Positions 62,686-64,000 of a stretch of 64,000 nucleotides of DNA are shown piece by piece. The notes under the pieces are model-generated. The model did not search any database and was not told the origin of the DNA. It was given only the letters and a program-made list of their open reading frames with translations. The translations under genes and the position numbers were made by a program. The DNA comes from Bacteroidales bacterium (lineage in GTDB: Bacteria; Bacteroidota; Bacteroidia; Bacteroidales; UBA12481): NCBI GenBank assembly GCA_041662065.1, contig JBAZTE010000004.1, forward strand, positions 197,620 to 261,619, given 5' to 3'. The first letter of the stretch is position 1. Each line of letters starts with the position of its first letter.

Positions 62686-63984
62686 TTGAATAGAGAGCTA
62701 CAAATACTTGTTTTGCACGGCATGGGCCCCAAAAAAGGATGGTTTTCTGGGATTGCCGATACTGAGCTGATGTTCCCGAAATACGATAGAAAAAATAGAT
62801 ACTTGGTTCATAACTGTTATTTGAATCCACCAACAGTGCTTCAGAAATCAGAATTTGATGGCGTTTTGATTATGTCCACTTTTTTAGATAAAATAGTCGG
62901 GAATGGATTAAATAGTAAATTCTCAAAGAGATATGATTTTTTAAAGAAATTCGATTGTGTGAAAATCGCTTTTCCTCAGGATGATTATTGGTACTCCGAG
63001 GTGCGAGACACATTTTACGTCGATTGGGGTATTGACCGAGTTTACCCTGTAATTTCACCTGAATCATGGGATGAATTGATTCCAAGATTCTTAGCGACTG
63101 GAAAATCTGTAAAGCAAGGTTATACATGTTATGTTACTGATTATATTCGAAAAGCTCAATCGTTATCAAAACCATGGAATGATCGTAAGAATTGGGTTGT
63201 CTATCGTGCAACAAAGATACCCAAAGCCCCAAATCAATTTGGTATTATTAAAGGCATAATTGGTGAACGTTTCAAGGATGCACTTAAAGATAAAACCATT
63301 GGTAGCATTGATATATCTACTGATCCCAGGAAAATAATTAATGGCGACAATTGGATATGTTTTGTTTCAAATTCCAGATCAATTCTTGGAAGTAATAGTG
63401 GAAGCAGTGTATTGCTTCGTAATCATACTGTATTTAAAGAAATAAATGATTACAAACTTGCAAACCCAATTGCGAACCTTATTGAGGTTGAAGAAAAAGT
63501 AATCCACGAAAATGACAGAAATAAAAATTATACAGCGATATCACCTAGGAATCTGGAAGCTGCCTCATTAGGAACGCTTCAATTATTAGTTCCAGGACCT
63601 TATAGTGGGATGCTTAAACCATATATACATTATGTACCATTAATTGAGGATTGCTCTAATATTGATGAAGTACTGTCGTACCTAAATGATGAAAAGAAAG
63701 CTCTGAAAATTGTCGAGCTTTGTCGGGAAAATCTTCTGAATATGCCGGAACTTCAGGTTGAATCTCTGATAAAAGAAATTATAACACTTATTGGATCAAA
63801 AGCAACTGAAGACACTTCGCAAAATTCACGATTATGCTTTAACAAAGCTGAAAGAAAATTTCATAGGAACATTATGTATCAAATGATGATGCGACCAGTG
63901 AGACAGTTATCGCGTGCTATAATAATGTGTATTTTCCCTAAAAAAATATTAGCTAGAGTGATTGAATATAGGAATAGACAATAA
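62686..63984 (+). CDS. hypothetical protein, possibly a CgeB-like glycosyltransferase
   Basis: 432 aa with a TTG start. ISPRNLEAASLGTLQLLVPG resembles the Glyco_trans_1_2 (CgeB) C-terminal pattern. Weak. Confidence 0.35.
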   Translation: MNRELQILVLHGMGPKKGWFSGIADTELMFPKYDRKNRYLVHNCYLNPPTVLQKSEFDGVLIMSTFLDKIVGNGLNSKFSKRYDFLKKFDCVKIAFPQDDYWYSEVRDTFYVDWGIDRVYPVISPESWDELIPRFLATGKSVKQGYTCYVTDYIRKAQSLSKPWNDRKNWVVYRATKIPKAPNQFGIIKGIIGERFKDALKDKTIGSIDISTDPRKIINGDNWICFVSNSRSILGSNSGSSVLLRNHTVFKEINDYKLANPIANLIEVEEKVIHENDRNKNYTAISPRNLEAASLGTLQLLVPGPYSGMLKPYIHYVPLIEDCSNIDEVLSYLNDEKKALKIVELCRENLLNMPELQVESLIKEIITLIGSKATEDTSQNSRLCFNKAERKFHRNIMYQMMMRPVRQLSRAIIMCIFPKKILARVIEYRNRQ

Positions 63985-64000
63985 TTAAGAATGTCTATAT

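Noticed and set aside
1-64000. Prophage, ICE or transposon explaining the accessory content
   Set aside because: I found no integrase, transposase, relaxase, phage structural genes or tRNA-end duplication anywhere in the window.

Overview
The window looks like a Bacteroidota-type chromosome segment. This is inferred from a UpxY-type antiterminator, TAnnTTTG promoter-like boxes, DUF4293, and SLBB-type Wza with kinase-less Wzz. Layout: (i) 1-7 kb is housekeeping: thrS (partial), two tRNA-Leu genes, a nucleoside phosphorylase, pyrBI and yigZ. (ii) 7-8 kb holds a hicBA pair and an ATPase gene fragment. (iii) 8-12.3 kb is a rhamnose module (rhaT-rhaA plus a GH78-like lipoprotein). (iv) From 12.6 kb to the right edge runs a roughly 51-kb, almost entirely plus-strand polysaccharide super-locus. 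It opens with upxY and carries two divergent wza-wzz pairs, two Wzx flippases, one Wzy-like polymerase, several glycosyltransferases and an initiating sugar transferase (to about 42 kb). Then comes a compositionally distinct, AT-richer block (42-64 kb) that uses an ABC transporter (wzm-wzt). Its gene content matches diamino-uronic acid/uronamide O-antigen loci: WbpB-like oxidase, DegT aminotransferase, two AsnB-like amidotransferases, a formyltransferase, an LbH acyltransferase, four SDR epimerases and a 2-epimerase. The most unusual signal is not a gene. The 1-41 kb part carries several families of very short tandem repeats (7, 8, 9 and 12 nt) and GC-rich hairpin repeats. Many start directly at stop codons, and many lie in frame inside open coding sequences (two GT4s, a GT2, an epimerase, wecB, wza, a LegC/DegT aminotransferase). 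The dominant family is the heptamer GCAACCN, which cannot encode a stop in any frame. A reverse-oriented four-helix-bundle gene sits between inverted GCAACCN arrays, splitting a wza-wzz pair. An inverted-repeat-bounded element with three perfect DnaA-box 9-mers and an outward-facing promoter box lies just upstream of upxY. I saw no transposase, integrase, CRISPR array or rRNA. Novelty cannot be established without database searches.
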